Shown here in pieces: positions 1 through 8,514 of a stretch of DNA of 41,976 bases (its first letter is position 1; every line of letters begins with the position of its first letter). The notes under the pieces were generated by a model. That model worked only from the letters and a program-made list of their open reading frames with translations, did no database searches and had not been told where the DNA came from. The translations under genes and the position numbers were made by a program. Source of the DNA: Tissierellia bacterium. GTDB lineage: Bacteria; Bacillota; Clostridia; Tissierellales; Sedimentibacteraceae. Location: assembly GCA_012519555.1 (NCBI GenBank), contig JAAYPY010000005.1:1-41976 (forward strand), in the 5' to 3' direction.

Positions 1-72
1 TATTGAGTGAGGCTCAGGCCTAATTTGGGTGGTACCGCGGAATCTTCGTCCCAATCGGGAGGAAGATTTTTG
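1..72 (+). ncRNA. T-box leader, 3' part only (antiterminator and terminator), upstream of leuS
   Basis: AATTTGGGTGGTACCGCGGAATCTTCGTCCC (22-52) matches the T-box antiterminator consensus. It overlaps the terminator AATCTTCGTCCC..GGGAGGAAGATT-TTT (41-72). Stem I and the specifier lie outside the window. Confidence 0.92.
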
Positions 73-183
73 TATGAGCAAAAATTTTGGTGAACGGAGA
101 CTGCGCAAGCCCTAATCTCAAATATGCTAATTGGTAGTTATTGATACCTGTAATTGAAAACAGAATATATTTGGAGGCGAAAA

Positions 184-2595
184 ATGAAATCATACAATCC
201 ACAGGCCATTGAAAATAAATGGCAGGAAATATGGAGAAAGAATGAAACTTTTAAAGCGAAAGACGATACAGACCAGAAGAAATTTTACGGTCTTGTGGAA
301 TTCCCATATCCATCAGGGGTAGGACTGCACGTGGGGCACATTCGTGCATATACTTCCCTGGAAGTAATATCAAGAAAAAGAAGGTTAGAAGGATACAATG
401 TATTGTTTCCCATAGGCTGGGATGCCTTTGGTCTGCCTACGGAAAACTATGCCATGCAGACAGGAAAGCATCCAAGAAAGGTTACGGATGATAATATCAA
501 GATTTTTACTGCCCAGCTTAATGCCGCGGGATATTCATTTGACTGGTCAAGAAGTGTCGATACGACTGACCCCGAGTATTATAAATGGACTCAGTGGATA
601 TTTGTGCAATTATTTAAGCATGGGCTGGCTTACAAGGATAAAACCTATGTAAACTTCTGCAAGAGCTGTAAGGTTGTACTTGCAAACGAGGATTCGCAAA
701 ACGGTATATGCGACCGTTGCGGCAGTCAGGTAGTGCAGATGGAAAAGGATGTATGGTTCCTTAAAATCAGGGATTATGCAGATAAGCTTTTGGAAGGGCT
801 GGATGAAGTTGATTATCTGCCTCGAATAAGAATTGAACAGGAAAACTGGATAGGTCGTTCTTATGGTGCCGAAGTTGATTTTAAATTAAAGGATACAGAG
901 GATAATTTAAGAGTATTTACTACAAGACCTGACACCTTGTACGGAGTTACATTTATGGTAATGGCTCCTGAGCATCCCTTTATTAAAAAATATGAATATA
1001 AAATCCAAAACATGGATGAAATAAAAGAATACCAGGAAGAATCTAAAAAGAAAACCGAATTTGAAAGAGTGCAGTTAGCAAAAGGCAAGACCGGTGTAGA
1101 ACTAAAAGGATTAACTGCTCTTAATCCCGTTAATGGGGAAGAAGTGCCCATTTGGGTTGCTGACTATGTAATGATGGGATATGGAACAGGTGCTATTATG
1201 GGTGTTCCCGGTCACGACCAAAGAGACTGGGACTTTGCAAAAAAATACAATATCCCCATAATTGAAGTTATTGGTGGGGGGAATGTTGAAGAAGAAGCAT
1301 ATACGGATGTAGAAGACGGAATATTGGTAAATTCGGGCATGATTAACGGCTTGAGGGTAAAGGATGCAATTGAAAAGATAACTGACTATTTGGTAAAAAA
1401 TAATTTAGGTGAGAGAAAAGTAAATTACAAAATGAAGGATTGGGCCTTTAACAGACAGAGATACTGGGGAGAGCCGATTCCAATAATTCATTGTCCTCGT
1501 TGCGGCATGGTTCATGTGCCGGAAGATGAGCTTCCTTTGTTACTGCCTGAGGTTGAAAATTTTCATCCTAGTGATTCGGGAGAATCCCCGCTCGCCAACA
1601 TACCTGAATGGGTAAATGTAAAATGTCCCCTATGCGGAGAAGATGCGAAAAGAGAAACTGATACCATGCCTCAATGGGCCGGCTCATCATGGTATTTCTT
1701 GAGATATATAGACCCTCATAATAACCAGAAAATAGCATCAAAAGAAAAGTTAGACTACTGGGGTCCCGTTGACTGGTATAACGGCGGCATGGAGCACGTA
1801 ACAAGACATATGATTTATTCAAGATTTTGGCACAGATTCCTTTATGATATAGGAGTTGTACCCTTTATAGAGCCCTATGCAAAACGTACGGCCCAAGGGT
1901 TGATACTTGGTGCGGACGGAGAAAAAATGTCTAAATCGAGAGGTAATGTGGTTAATCCCAACGATATAATAGATGAATACGGTGCTGATACTTTAAGAAC
2001 ATATATTATGTTTATAGGAGACTATGAAAAATATGCAATTTGGAATGATGCAAGCGTAAAGGGCTGCAAGAGATTTTTAGACAGGGTTTGGAAAATGCAG
2101 GAGATGGTAAATAATGAAAAGGGATATTCTCAGAAGCATTTAACGCTTATGCATAAAACAATTAAAAAGGTCAGCGAAGATTACGAAGCTATGAAATTTA
2201 ACACTGCGATAGCTGCCATGATGAGCTTTGTTAATGAAATTAATAACGATGGAAGCATTACAAGGGATGAATTAAAAGCATTCATTACACTGCTTTATCC
2301 CGTTGCGCCTCATATAGCTGAGGAAATATGGCAGGAACAAGGTTTTAAAGGCATGTTAAACCAAGCTGAATGGCCCTCCTGGGATGAAGAAAAGACAGTT
2401 GATGATGTAATAGAGCTACCTGTCCAGGTAAGCGGCAAGGTAAGAGGGAAAATAGTATTGCCAAAGGATGCAGACTTAAAAACAGCAAGGGAATTAGCGG
2501 AAGCCGATGAAAATATTGTAAAGTACTTAGAAGGAAAAATTAGGGTTAAAGAAATATATATACCCGGAAAAATATTTAATATAGTAGTGAAATAA
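184..2595 (+). CDS. leuS: Leucine--tRNA ligase
   Basis: FPYPSGVGLHVGH (HIGH-type), GWDAFGLP, CP1 editing motifs FTTRPDT and GTGAIMGVPGHDQRD, KMSKS. Start moved to ATG 184, which follows GGAGG. Confidence 0.97.
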   Translation: MKSYNPQAIENKWQEIWRKNETFKAKDDTDQKKFYGLVEFPYPSGVGLHVGHIRAYTSLEVISRKRRLEGYNVLFPIGWDAFGLPTENYAMQTGKHPRKVTDDNIKIFTAQLNAAGYSFDWSRSVDTTDPEYYKWTQWIFVQLFKHGLAYKDKTYVNFCKSCKVVLANEDSQNGICDRCGSQVVQMEKDVWFLKIRDYADKLLEGLDEVDYLPRIRIEQENWIGRSYGAEVDFKLKDTEDNLRVFTTRPDTLYGVTFMVMAPEHPFIKKYEYKIQNMDEIKEYQEESKKKTEFERVQLAKGKTGVELKGLTALNPVNGEEVPIWVADYVMMGYGTGAIMGVPGHDQRDWDFAKKYNIPIIEVIGGGNVEEEAYTDVEDGILVNSGMINGLRVKDAIEKITDYLVKNNLGERKVNYKMKDWAFNRQRYWGEPIPIIHCPRCGMVHVPEDELPLLLPEVENFHPSDSGESPLANIPEWVNVKCPLCGEDAKRETDTMPQWAGSSWYFLRYIDPHNNQKIASKEKLDYWGPVDWYNGGMEHVTRHMIYSRFWHRFLYDIGVVPFIEPYAKRTAQGLILGADGEKMSKSRGNVVNPNDIIDEYGADTLRTYIMFIGDYEKYAIWNDASVKGCKRFLDRVWKMQEMVNNEKGYSQKHLTLMHKTIKKVSEDYEAMKFNTAIAAMMSFVNEINNDGSITRDELKAFITLLYPVAPHIAEEIWQEQGFKGMLNQAEWPSWDEEKTVDDVIELPVQVSGKVRGKIVLPKDADLKTARELAEADENIVKYLEGKIRVKEIYIPGKIFNIVVK

Positions 2596-2597
2596 AC

Positions 2598-2657
2598 AAG
2601 GGGGACACCTGCAGTATTTATAGCGGGAGTAATGTCCCCAAAATTTCCCCAAATTTT
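2598..2657. repeat. REP-like hairpin GGGGACA...TGTCCCC after leuS; may also act as a terminator
   Basis: Arms at 2601-2607 and 2633-2639, followed by a CCCCAAA(A)TTT doublet. AAGGGGGACAC recurs at 9079-9089. Confidence 0.55.
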
Positions 2658-2668
2658 TAAAAAAGTTA

Positions 2669-2697
2669 TTGACAAAAATGAAAATATAAGTTAAGAT
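2669..2697 (+). promoter_or_regulatory. Sigma-A promoter of the second T-box leader
   Basis: TTGACA (2669-2674), 17 bp, TAAGAT (2692-2697). Confidence 0.75.
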
Positions 2698-2703
2698 TGC
2701 AAA

Positions 2704-2982
2704 ATAAATAATAATAAATGCATTGACGCAGAGAAAGATATTTTTATCCTTTACAGAGAGTTGGATAAGGTGAAAGCCAACATTGAGAGAAATATGTAAT
2801 ATTCACTGCAGAGCATGTTTGTTCAACGGAAATCAAGTAGACAAACACGTATACCCACGTTACAGGGTTAGAAGTTGATAGACTTTGAAGTGATGATTTA
2901 TATCATAATAAGGGTGGTACCGCGGAATCTTTCGTCCCTATAAGCATATTTGAAAAAATATGTTTATAGGGACTTTTGTTTT
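2704..2982 (+). ncRNA. Complete T-box riboswitch, probable Phe (UUC) specifier
   Basis: Stem I has the GA motif (TGACGCAG/CTGCAGAG), AGAGA box and GGTGAAAG; TTC-A at 2802-2805 sits just before the closing CTGC. Stem II contains AGTA. Antiterminator AGGGTGGTACCGCGGAATCTTTCGTCCCT (2911-2939). Terminator GTCCCTATAAGCATATT...AATATGTTTATAGGGAC-TTTT (2934-2977). Confidence 0.93.
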
Positions 2983-3048
2983 ATGTCAAACTTTGGCCAA
3001 GTTTAAGGAAAACAAAAAATTATAACAATAAAATACTTGGAGGACATT

Positions 3049-4041
3049 ATGAAAAAAACATTAAAAAAAATGATTGCACTATTATTAGTTCTAACTGTGA
3101 TATTAGGAGGGTGCAAGGCAGCAGCCAATGATAAAGAAATGGTGAAGACAGGTGGCAAAACATATACGATAGGAATAACACAATATATGGAGCATCCGTC
3201 ACTTGATGAGGCCAGGCAGGGACTGATTGATGAATTAACGGAACAAGGGGTTAACATAAATATTAATTATGTTAACGCGCAAGGAGATTCTTCAAATAAT
3301 CAAATAATTTCGGAGAAATTTGTTAAAGATAAAGTTGATTTAATCTATGCTATATCCACTTTATCAGCTCAAGCAGCAAAGAATTCAACGAAAAACACTG
3401 ATATACCGGTATTGTTCTCAGCTGTTACAGATCCCGTATACTCAGAAATAATAAGAGCTCATGATGAAATTCAAAATATCACAGGTGTAACTGATAAGGT
3501 TGAAGCAGTAGAAGTATTAAAATTAGCAAAAGAGATGAGAGAAGATGCAAAAACAGCAGGTATTATTTACAACACAGGTGAATCTAATTCGCAAGTACAA
3601 GTGGAAGAAGTAATAAAAGCTGCGGAGGTATTGGATATGACAGTTGAAGCTGTAGGTATATCATCTATGAATGATATACCTCAAGCAGTTTACACATTGT
3701 CTAAGAAATCAGATCTGCTTTATATAATTTCTGATAACATGGTAGCTGCATCTATAGATTTAATTGCGAATTTAGCAATAGATAACAATATTCTCACATT
3801 ATCAACAATTGAATCTCAGGCAGCGGACGGAATTTTAATGGCTAATGGTCTAAGTTACTATAATCTTGGCAGACAAGCAGGTGAAATGGCAAAGAAAATC
3901 CTGACCGGTCAAGCGGATATAAAGGATATATATGTGGAACAACCATCAGGATTAAAGAAAACAGTAAATGTAAAAACAATGGAAGCTTTAGGACTTTCAA
4001 AGGATAATAAAGCATTTGAGGGGGCAGTCTTTATAGAGTAA
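3049..4041 (+). CDS. ABC transporter substrate-binding lipoprotein (ABC_sub_bind/TrpX-like), probably for an aromatic amino acid
   Basis: Lipobox ILGG-C; family motifs IGITQYMEHPSLD, NAQGD, FSAVTDPV, NITGVTD, IYNTGESNS. ATG 3049 follows GGAGG. Confidence 0.88.
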   Translation: MKKTLKKMIALLLVLTVILGGCKAAANDKEMVKTGGKTYTIGITQYMEHPSLDEARQGLIDELTEQGVNININYVNAQGDSSNNQIISEKFVKDKVDLIYAISTLSAQAAKNSTKNTDIPVLFSAVTDPVYSEIIRAHDEIQNITGVTDKVEAVEVLKLAKEMREDAKTAGIIYNTGESNSQVQVEEVIKAAEVLDMTVEAVGISSMNDIPQAVYTLSKKSDLLYIISDNMVAASIDLIANLAIDNNILTLSTIESQAADGILMANGLSYYNLGRQAGEMAKKILTGQADIKDIYVEQPSGLKKTVNVKTMEALGLSKDNKAFEGAVFIE

Positions 4042-4080
4042 CTTTTAAAACCCCTCTTCATATAATGCATGAGGAGGGGT
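4041..4080 (+). promoter_or_regulatory. Sigma-K-like promoter inside an anti-SD/terminator hairpin
   Basis: AC (4041-4042), 16 bp, CATATAAT (4059-4066). Inverted repeat ACCCCTCTTCAT (4050-4061) / ATGAGGAGGGGT (4069-4080). Confidence 0.5.
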
Positions 4081-4084
4081 GATT

Positions 4085-4765
4085 ATGTTTGATATAATTA
4101 GCTATTACAATACATATCCATACAGCGGATATATGGGTTATTATTCAATGATGACGAGCTGTTTTTGTAAAAAATCATATTTCAGAGTTCTGAATGCTTT
4201 TAATTTACCTTTGGATATTCAAGTCAATGACATCCTTATGGCAGAGAGCTTAAAGATTGGGGAATTTACGAAATATGTAAAGTTGCCTCCGAATTCCTAC
4301 CGTGTTTTGATTCACTCAGAGAATGATAACTTGTTATTTGAATCGGATATAAACATAGATAATAACTTGGTATATACGGCAGTTGTCTCGGAGGATAATA
4401 AAGATCACAATGATATTTGTATATTAATGGTACCAGAGCAAAAAGTACATCACATGGCTTGTAATATGTCTGCATTAAGATTGGCAAATTTGTGTGTTGA
4501 TGAAGCTGAAGTTGTTTTATCTGCATCAGACGGAACTGTTCTGTTTTCAGATATTAAGTATGGAAAAGTATCATGCAATGTTGCTGTTCCATCAGGAAGG
4601 TATAATTTATATTTAAAGAGACAGGATGGAACAGAAATTTTAGAGCATTATCTTGATGCTGCACCCTACATGCATTATACCTTGTTTATTGTAGGGAAAC
4701 AAAAAGATGGCAGCATTAAAATAATTGTCCCTGAAGATGGGGTAAATTACTTAGATCTATGTTAA
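4085..4765 (+). CDS. DUF4397-like protein, possibly spore-associated
   Basis: Two internal repeats (SYFRVLNA...YVKLPPNSY and SALRLANL...VAVPSGRY, LFSDIKYG, YTLFIVG) resemble DUF4397. Tyr/Cys-rich N-terminus. SD GGAGG at 4073-4077. Confidence 0.7.
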   Translation: MFDIISYYNTYPYSGYMGYYSMMTSCFCKKSYFRVLNAFNLPLDIQVNDILMAESLKIGEFTKYVKLPPNSYRVLIHSENDNLLFESDINIDNNLVYTAVVSEDNKDHNDICILMVPEQKVHHMACNMSALRLANLCVDEAEVVLSASDGTVLFSDIKYGKVSCNVAVPSGRYNLYLKRQDGTEILEHYLDAAPYMHYTLFIVGKQKDGSIKIIVPEDGVNYLDLC

Positions 4766-4773
4766 AGCAGCAA

Positions 4774-4806
4774 TGCCCCCATCCCCTTGTCACATCCTCT
4801 TGTCAC
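4774..4806. repeat. 13-bp tandem repeat ATCC(C/T)CTTGTCAC, REP-like
   Basis: Copies at 4781-4793 and 4794-4806 with one mismatch. The reverse complement resembles 30112-30130. Confidence 0.6.
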
Positions 4807-4828
4807 TATACCGGCACTATGATATAAT
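4800..4828 (+). promoter_or_regulatory. Sigma-A promoter of the racemase gene
   Basis: TTGTCA (4800-4805), 17 bp, TG-A-TATAAT (-10 at 4823-4828). Confidence 0.65.
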
Positions 4829-4855
4829 TCATCAATAAAAATAATGAGGTGAACT

Positions 4856-5551
4856 ATGAAAACAATAGGGATTATAGGGGGTATGGGACCCCTTGCCACG
4901 GTGCATTTATTTGAAAGAATAGTTTTAAGAACAAAGGCAGAAAAAGATCAGGATCACATTCGTGTTATAATCGACAGCAATACAAATATTCAGGACAGAA
5001 CAAAGGCAATATTAGGCTATGGGGAAAGTCCGGCAGGAGAATTGGTTAGTTCAGCAAAGATACTTGAAAAGAGCGGTGCTGATTTTTTAATAATGCCTTG
5101 TAATACTGCACACTATTTTATAGAAGATATAAAGAAGAGCATCAGTATTCCTATTATTAACATGCTTGAAGAGTCGGTTAAGTACACATATGAAAAATAT
5201 GGCAAGGATCAAGTAGTAGGTATAATGGCTAGTGATGGTACTATTAAAACAAAAATATATGAAAATTATTATAATGAATTAGGTATTAAAACAGTTGTTC
5301 CTATAAAAACTCAAGCACTGATTATGAAATTTATTTATGATGTTATAAAAAAAGGTAATTATGGTGAAGGTACCGACCTTTTGTTTAAATGTGCAGATGA
5401 ATTGAAGAAATTAGGAGCGACTGTATTTTTGTTAGGCTGTACCGAGCTTTCATCAGCACAGTATTTGTATAAATTTGAAGGAAACTTTATTAATCCCATG
5501 GAAGTTTTAGCAGAAAAGGCCATCACATATGCAGGAGGAGAACTGAATTGA
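4856..5551 (+). CDS. Aspartate/amino-acid racemase (PLP-independent, Asp/Glu racemase family)
   Basis: IGIIGGMGPLAT, DQDH, DRT, and the two catalytic Cys motifs MPCNTAH and LGCTE. Confidence 0.9.
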   Translation: MKTIGIIGGMGPLATVHLFERIVLRTKAEKDQDHIRVIIDSNTNIQDRTKAILGYGESPAGELVSSAKILEKSGADFLIMPCNTAHYFIEDIKKSISIPIINMLEESVKYTYEKYGKDQVVGIMASDGTIKTKIYENYYNELGIKTVVPIKTQALIMKFIYDVIKKGNYGEGTDLLFKCADELKKLGATVFLLGCTELSSAQYLYKFEGNFINPMEVLAEKAITYAGGELN

Positions 5552-5623
5552 CAATATGATTAATTAAGCATGGGATGACAAGATATGTTATTGAATGATA
5601 TAATAAAAAAATAAAAAATCAAC

Positions 5624-5670
5624 TTGAATATTACGAACGTTTGCTGTATAATCATAGAAAAACATTCGTC
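5624..5670 (+). promoter_or_regulatory. purR sigma-A promoter with two PurBox-like sites
   Basis: TTGAAT (5624-5629), 17 bp, TATAAT (5647-5652). TTACGAACGTT (CGAA at 5634-5637) and inverted AACATTCGTC (TTCG at 5665-5668). Confidence 0.6.
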
Positions 5671-5679
5671 GGAGATAAT

Positions 5680-6501
5680 ATGAAAAAATATAAGAGAAAT
5701 CAAAGAATCGGAGCTTTGATGAAAATTTTTGCAGAAAAACCTAATTATCTGTTTTCATATAATTATTTTTGTGAAATTTTCAATGCTTCAAAATCAACAA
5801 TAAGTGAAGATGTGGCAATTGTTAAGGATTTGGTGACAGAGATGAACTTCGGCAGAATTGATACTGTTTCCGGGGCTGCAGGCGGTGTTATATTTATACC
5901 TATATTGGGAAGCAAGGAACGAAATGATATGCTTGATCAGTTGTGTTCTTTATTTTTACAAAAAAACCGTATACTGCCCGGCGGTTTTATTTATATGACA
6001 GACATTTTCAATAATCCAAACATCGTGTCGAATATTGCCAAAGTTATTTCCTCTGAATTTAGCAATAAGTATATTGATTATATTGTTACTGTTGAAACAA
6101 AAGGTATCCCTGTAGCTATACTGACAGGTCAAAAGTTAAATGTTCCGGTGGCTGTAATCAGAAGAAACAACAAAATTACCGAAGGAGCAACAGTGAGCAT
6201 AAATTATGTATCAGGTTCATCAAACAATATTCAAACTATGTCTTTATCAAAGAGATCTTTAAAGGAAAATGCTGAAGTTCTAATAATTGATGACTTTATG
6301 AAAGGCGGCGGAACCTGCAAAGGTATGGAGGATATGATGAGAGAGTTTAATGCAAATGTTGTAGGTACTGCGGTTGTTATTGAAACTAAGGAGCCTGAAA
6401 AGAAATTAGTAGATAATTACACTTCCCTATTGGTACTTAATAATATTAGCTTAAAAGAAGGGATTATTGAGGTTCGGCCTAATCCTAAATTGTTAAAATA
6501 A
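5680..6501 (+). CDS. purR: Pur operon repressor (Bacillus type, wHTH plus PRT domain)
   Basis: KSTISED, GAAGGV, RILPGGFIYM, TVETKGIP, SINYVSGS, IDDFMKGGGT. ATG 5680 follows GGAG. Confidence 0.96.
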   Translation: MKKYKRNQRIGALMKIFAEKPNYLFSYNYFCEIFNASKSTISEDVAIVKDLVTEMNFGRIDTVSGAAGGVIFIPILGSKERNDMLDQLCSLFLQKNRILPGGFIYMTDIFNNPNIVSNIAKVISSEFSNKYIDYIVTVETKGIPVAILTGQKLNVPVAVIRRNNKITEGATVSINYVSGSSNNIQTMSLSKRSLKENAEVLIIDDFMKGGGTCKGMEDMMREFNANVVGTAVVIETKEPEKKLVDNYTSLLVLNNISLKEGIIEVRPNPKLLK

Positions 6502-6539
6502 ATTCATATTTTTAATAACAAAATTATGAAAATGTTTTT

Positions 6540-6568
6540 TTGCTATTTTTGGTTATTTATAGTATAAT
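6540..6568 (+). promoter_or_regulatory. Sigma-A-like promoter of spoVG
   Basis: TTGCTA (6540-6545), 17 bp, TATAAT (6563-6568). Confidence 0.55.
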
Positions 6569-6609
6569 GTTTGAAAAAGACGTAATTTTTGGGGGAAGGT
6601 GGTGACAAC

Positions 6610-6903
6610 ATGAAAATATCAGACGTAAGAGTAAGAAAAATCAATTCTGAGGGTAAGATGAAGGCAATCGTTTCCGTGACCTTTGATGATTGTTTTGTAG
6701 TACATGATATCAAGATAATCGAAGGTCAAGAAGGATTGTTTATAGCAATGCCCAGCAGGAAGATGCCGGATGGAGAGTTTAAGGATATAGCTCATCCTAT
6801 TAATTCTGAAACAAGGAATCTTGTTGCAGAGGCCGTATTTAGAGCCTATGAAGAAAAGCGCATAGAAGAAAGCGAAAACGTGGAAGAAGCCGCTCTTCTG
6901 TAG
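6610..6903 (+). CDS. spoVG: Septation regulator SpoVG
   Basis: [56 protein letters not shown]. Start at ATG 6610. Confidence 0.97.
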   Translation: MKISDVRVRKINSEGKMKAIVSVTFDDCFVVHDIKIIEGQEGLFIAMPSRKMPDGEFKDIAHPINSETRNLVAEAVFRAYEEKRIEESENVEEAALL

Positions 6904-6938
6904 CGCTGTTACTGATGATTTTTAAGTCAACAGTACTC

Positions 6939-6962
6939 GGGTCTTACATAGACCCTTTTATT
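6939..6962 (+). terminator. Intrinsic terminator after spoVG
   Basis: GGGTCT-TACAT-AGACCC followed by TTTTATT. A second hairpin (TACTGATGA/TCAACAGTA, 6910-6935) precedes it. Confidence 0.7.
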
Positions 6963-7064
6963 GTGCAAACAACAAGGTTCCCGGGTATCCAACAAGAATC
7001 TTTGATTGCCTTCTGGTACTTAGATTTTGGAGTAAATTTTAGGGGAATGTCCTCGAATATTTTT

Positions 7065-7093
7065 TTGACTTACTAAATAATATGATATATAAT
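7065..7093 (+). promoter_or_regulatory. Sigma-A promoter of glmU-pth-mfd-prsA
   Basis: TTGACT (7065-7070), 17 bp, TATAAT (7088-7093). Confidence 0.75.
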
Positions 7094-7133
7094 AACACAG
7101 TATTACAGTTTATTACATTAAGGAGAATTTATT

Positions 7134-8504
7134 ATGAATATGTCAATTATATTAGCAGCAGGCGAAGGGACAAGAATGAAATCAAATATTCCTAAAACAT
7201 TGCACAAAGTTTGCGGGAAGGAAATGATTAAATACGTAATTGAAGCATCTATAAATTCAGGCATAGATAAAAATATTGTTGTTTTAGGACATGGAAAAGA
7301 AAAAGTTGGACACAATATTAAAGATATGAATGTACAAACTGTTGAACAGCCAATAGGAGAAAATGTACCATACGGAACGGGTTACGCTGTAATGGCTGCA
7401 GAAAAATTAATTGACAATGATGATATGGTTTTAATTCTATGTGCAGATGGACCACTCATCAGTAAAGAAACATTAAACAGCTTTATGAACTATCATTGCG
7501 AAAACAACCATGCTGCTTCGGTAATGACAGCTAATTTAGATAATCCCACAGGTTATGGCAGAATAATAAGAAAAGCAGATGAGTCCATAGATAAAATTGT
7601 AGAAGAGAAAGATGCAACCGAGGAAATTAAAAATATTAAGGAAATAAATACAGGTATATATTGTTTTAATGGTGAACTTTTAAAATATGCTTTGAAAAAA
7701 ATCAACAGGGATAACTCACAAAATGAGTATTATCTTACAGATACAATAAAGGTTTTAAATAATGAGGGTGCTAAAATAGGGGGATGGCTGCTAAAGGATG
7801 CTGAAGATATCAAAGCTGTAAATGACAGAGTCCAGCTTGCAGAAGTAACAAAAATAATGCAAAAGAGAATCAACCAAAGACATATGTATTCAGGAGTTAC
7901 AATAATTGACCCGGATAATACATATATAGATGATACTGTAATAATCGGCAAAGATACGGTTATTTATCCAAGTACATATTTGGAGGAAGGAACAATTATT
8001 GGAGACTCTTGCGTAATAGGACCTAATACAAGGATAATTAATTCCACTGTATGCAATAAGGTAACAGTGGAGAATTCAAAAGTTGTGGAATCTTTTATTG
8101 ATAATGGAACATGCGTAGGACCTTTTGCATTTCTAAGACCCGGAAGCAACTTGGGTAAAAATGTTAAAATTGGCGATTTTGTTGAAGTAAAAAAATCAAA
8201 AATCGGAGACAATTCAAAGTCATCCCATTTGGCCTACATAGGTGATGCAGAAGTTGGCAAAGATGTTAATATTGGTTGTGGAGTTGTTTTTGTTAATTAT
8301 GATGGAAAGAATAAACATAAAACCATAGTAGGCGACAAAGCTTTCCTTGGAAGCAATTCTAATTTGATTGCTCCTGTTACAATCGAAGAAGGCGGATATG
8401 TTGCAGCAGGCTCAACAATTACAGAAGATGTAAAGAAGGGCGATTTAGCAATTGCACGTGCAAGACAGGTCAACAAAGAAGGAAAAGGCAGGAATAGGTT
8501 TTAA
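7134..8504 (+). CDS. glmU: Bifunctional UDP-GlcNAc pyrophosphorylase / glucosamine-1-phosphate N-acetyltransferase
   Basis: ILAAGEGTRMKS..PK, GYGRIIR, IVEEKDA, EYYLTD, hexapeptide repeats, HLAYIGDA, NYDG. Confidence 0.97.
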   Translation: MNMSIILAAGEGTRMKSNIPKTLHKVCGKEMIKYVIEASINSGIDKNIVVLGHGKEKVGHNIKDMNVQTVEQPIGENVPYGTGYAVMAAEKLIDNDDMVLILCADGPLISKETLNSFMNYHCENNHAASVMTANLDNPTGYGRIIRKADESIDKIVEEKDATEEIKNIKEINTGIYCFNGELLKYALKKINRDNSQNEYYLTDTIKVLNNEGAKIGGWLLKDAEDIKAVNDRVQLAEVTKIMQKRINQRHMYSGVTIIDPDNTYIDDTVIIGKDTVIYPSTYLEEGTIIGDSCVIGPNTRIINSTVCNKVTVENSKVVESFIDNGTCVGPFAFLRPGSNLGKNVKIGDFVEVKKSKIGDNSKSSHLAYIGDAEVGKDVNIGCGVVFVNYDGKNKHKTIVGDKAFLGSNSNLIAPVTIEEGGYVAAGSTITEDVKKGDLAIARARQVNKEGKGRNRF

Positions 8505-8514
8505 AGAGGTTAAT

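Noticed and set aside
154-183. ORF-track upstream starts (leuS 154, also purR 5641, spoVG 6589, pth 8452, iorA 16240, permease 32932, ferredoxin 35353)
   Set aside because: Downstream ATGs have better SD-like sequences and match family N-termini, so the starts were reassigned.
27-2938. Near-identical antiterminator sequence in the two T-boxes as evidence of recent duplication
   Set aside because: GGGTGGTACCGCG...CGTCCC is the family consensus, and the terminators and stem III regions differ.
6901-7060. Possible glmS ribozyme or tRNA upstream of glmU (AGCGC and several hairpins)
   Set aside because: It lacks the GACGAGG and ATCGAA...GCGG core of glmS and has no tRNA T-loop or cloverleaf on either strand. 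The hairpins are explained by the spoVG terminator.
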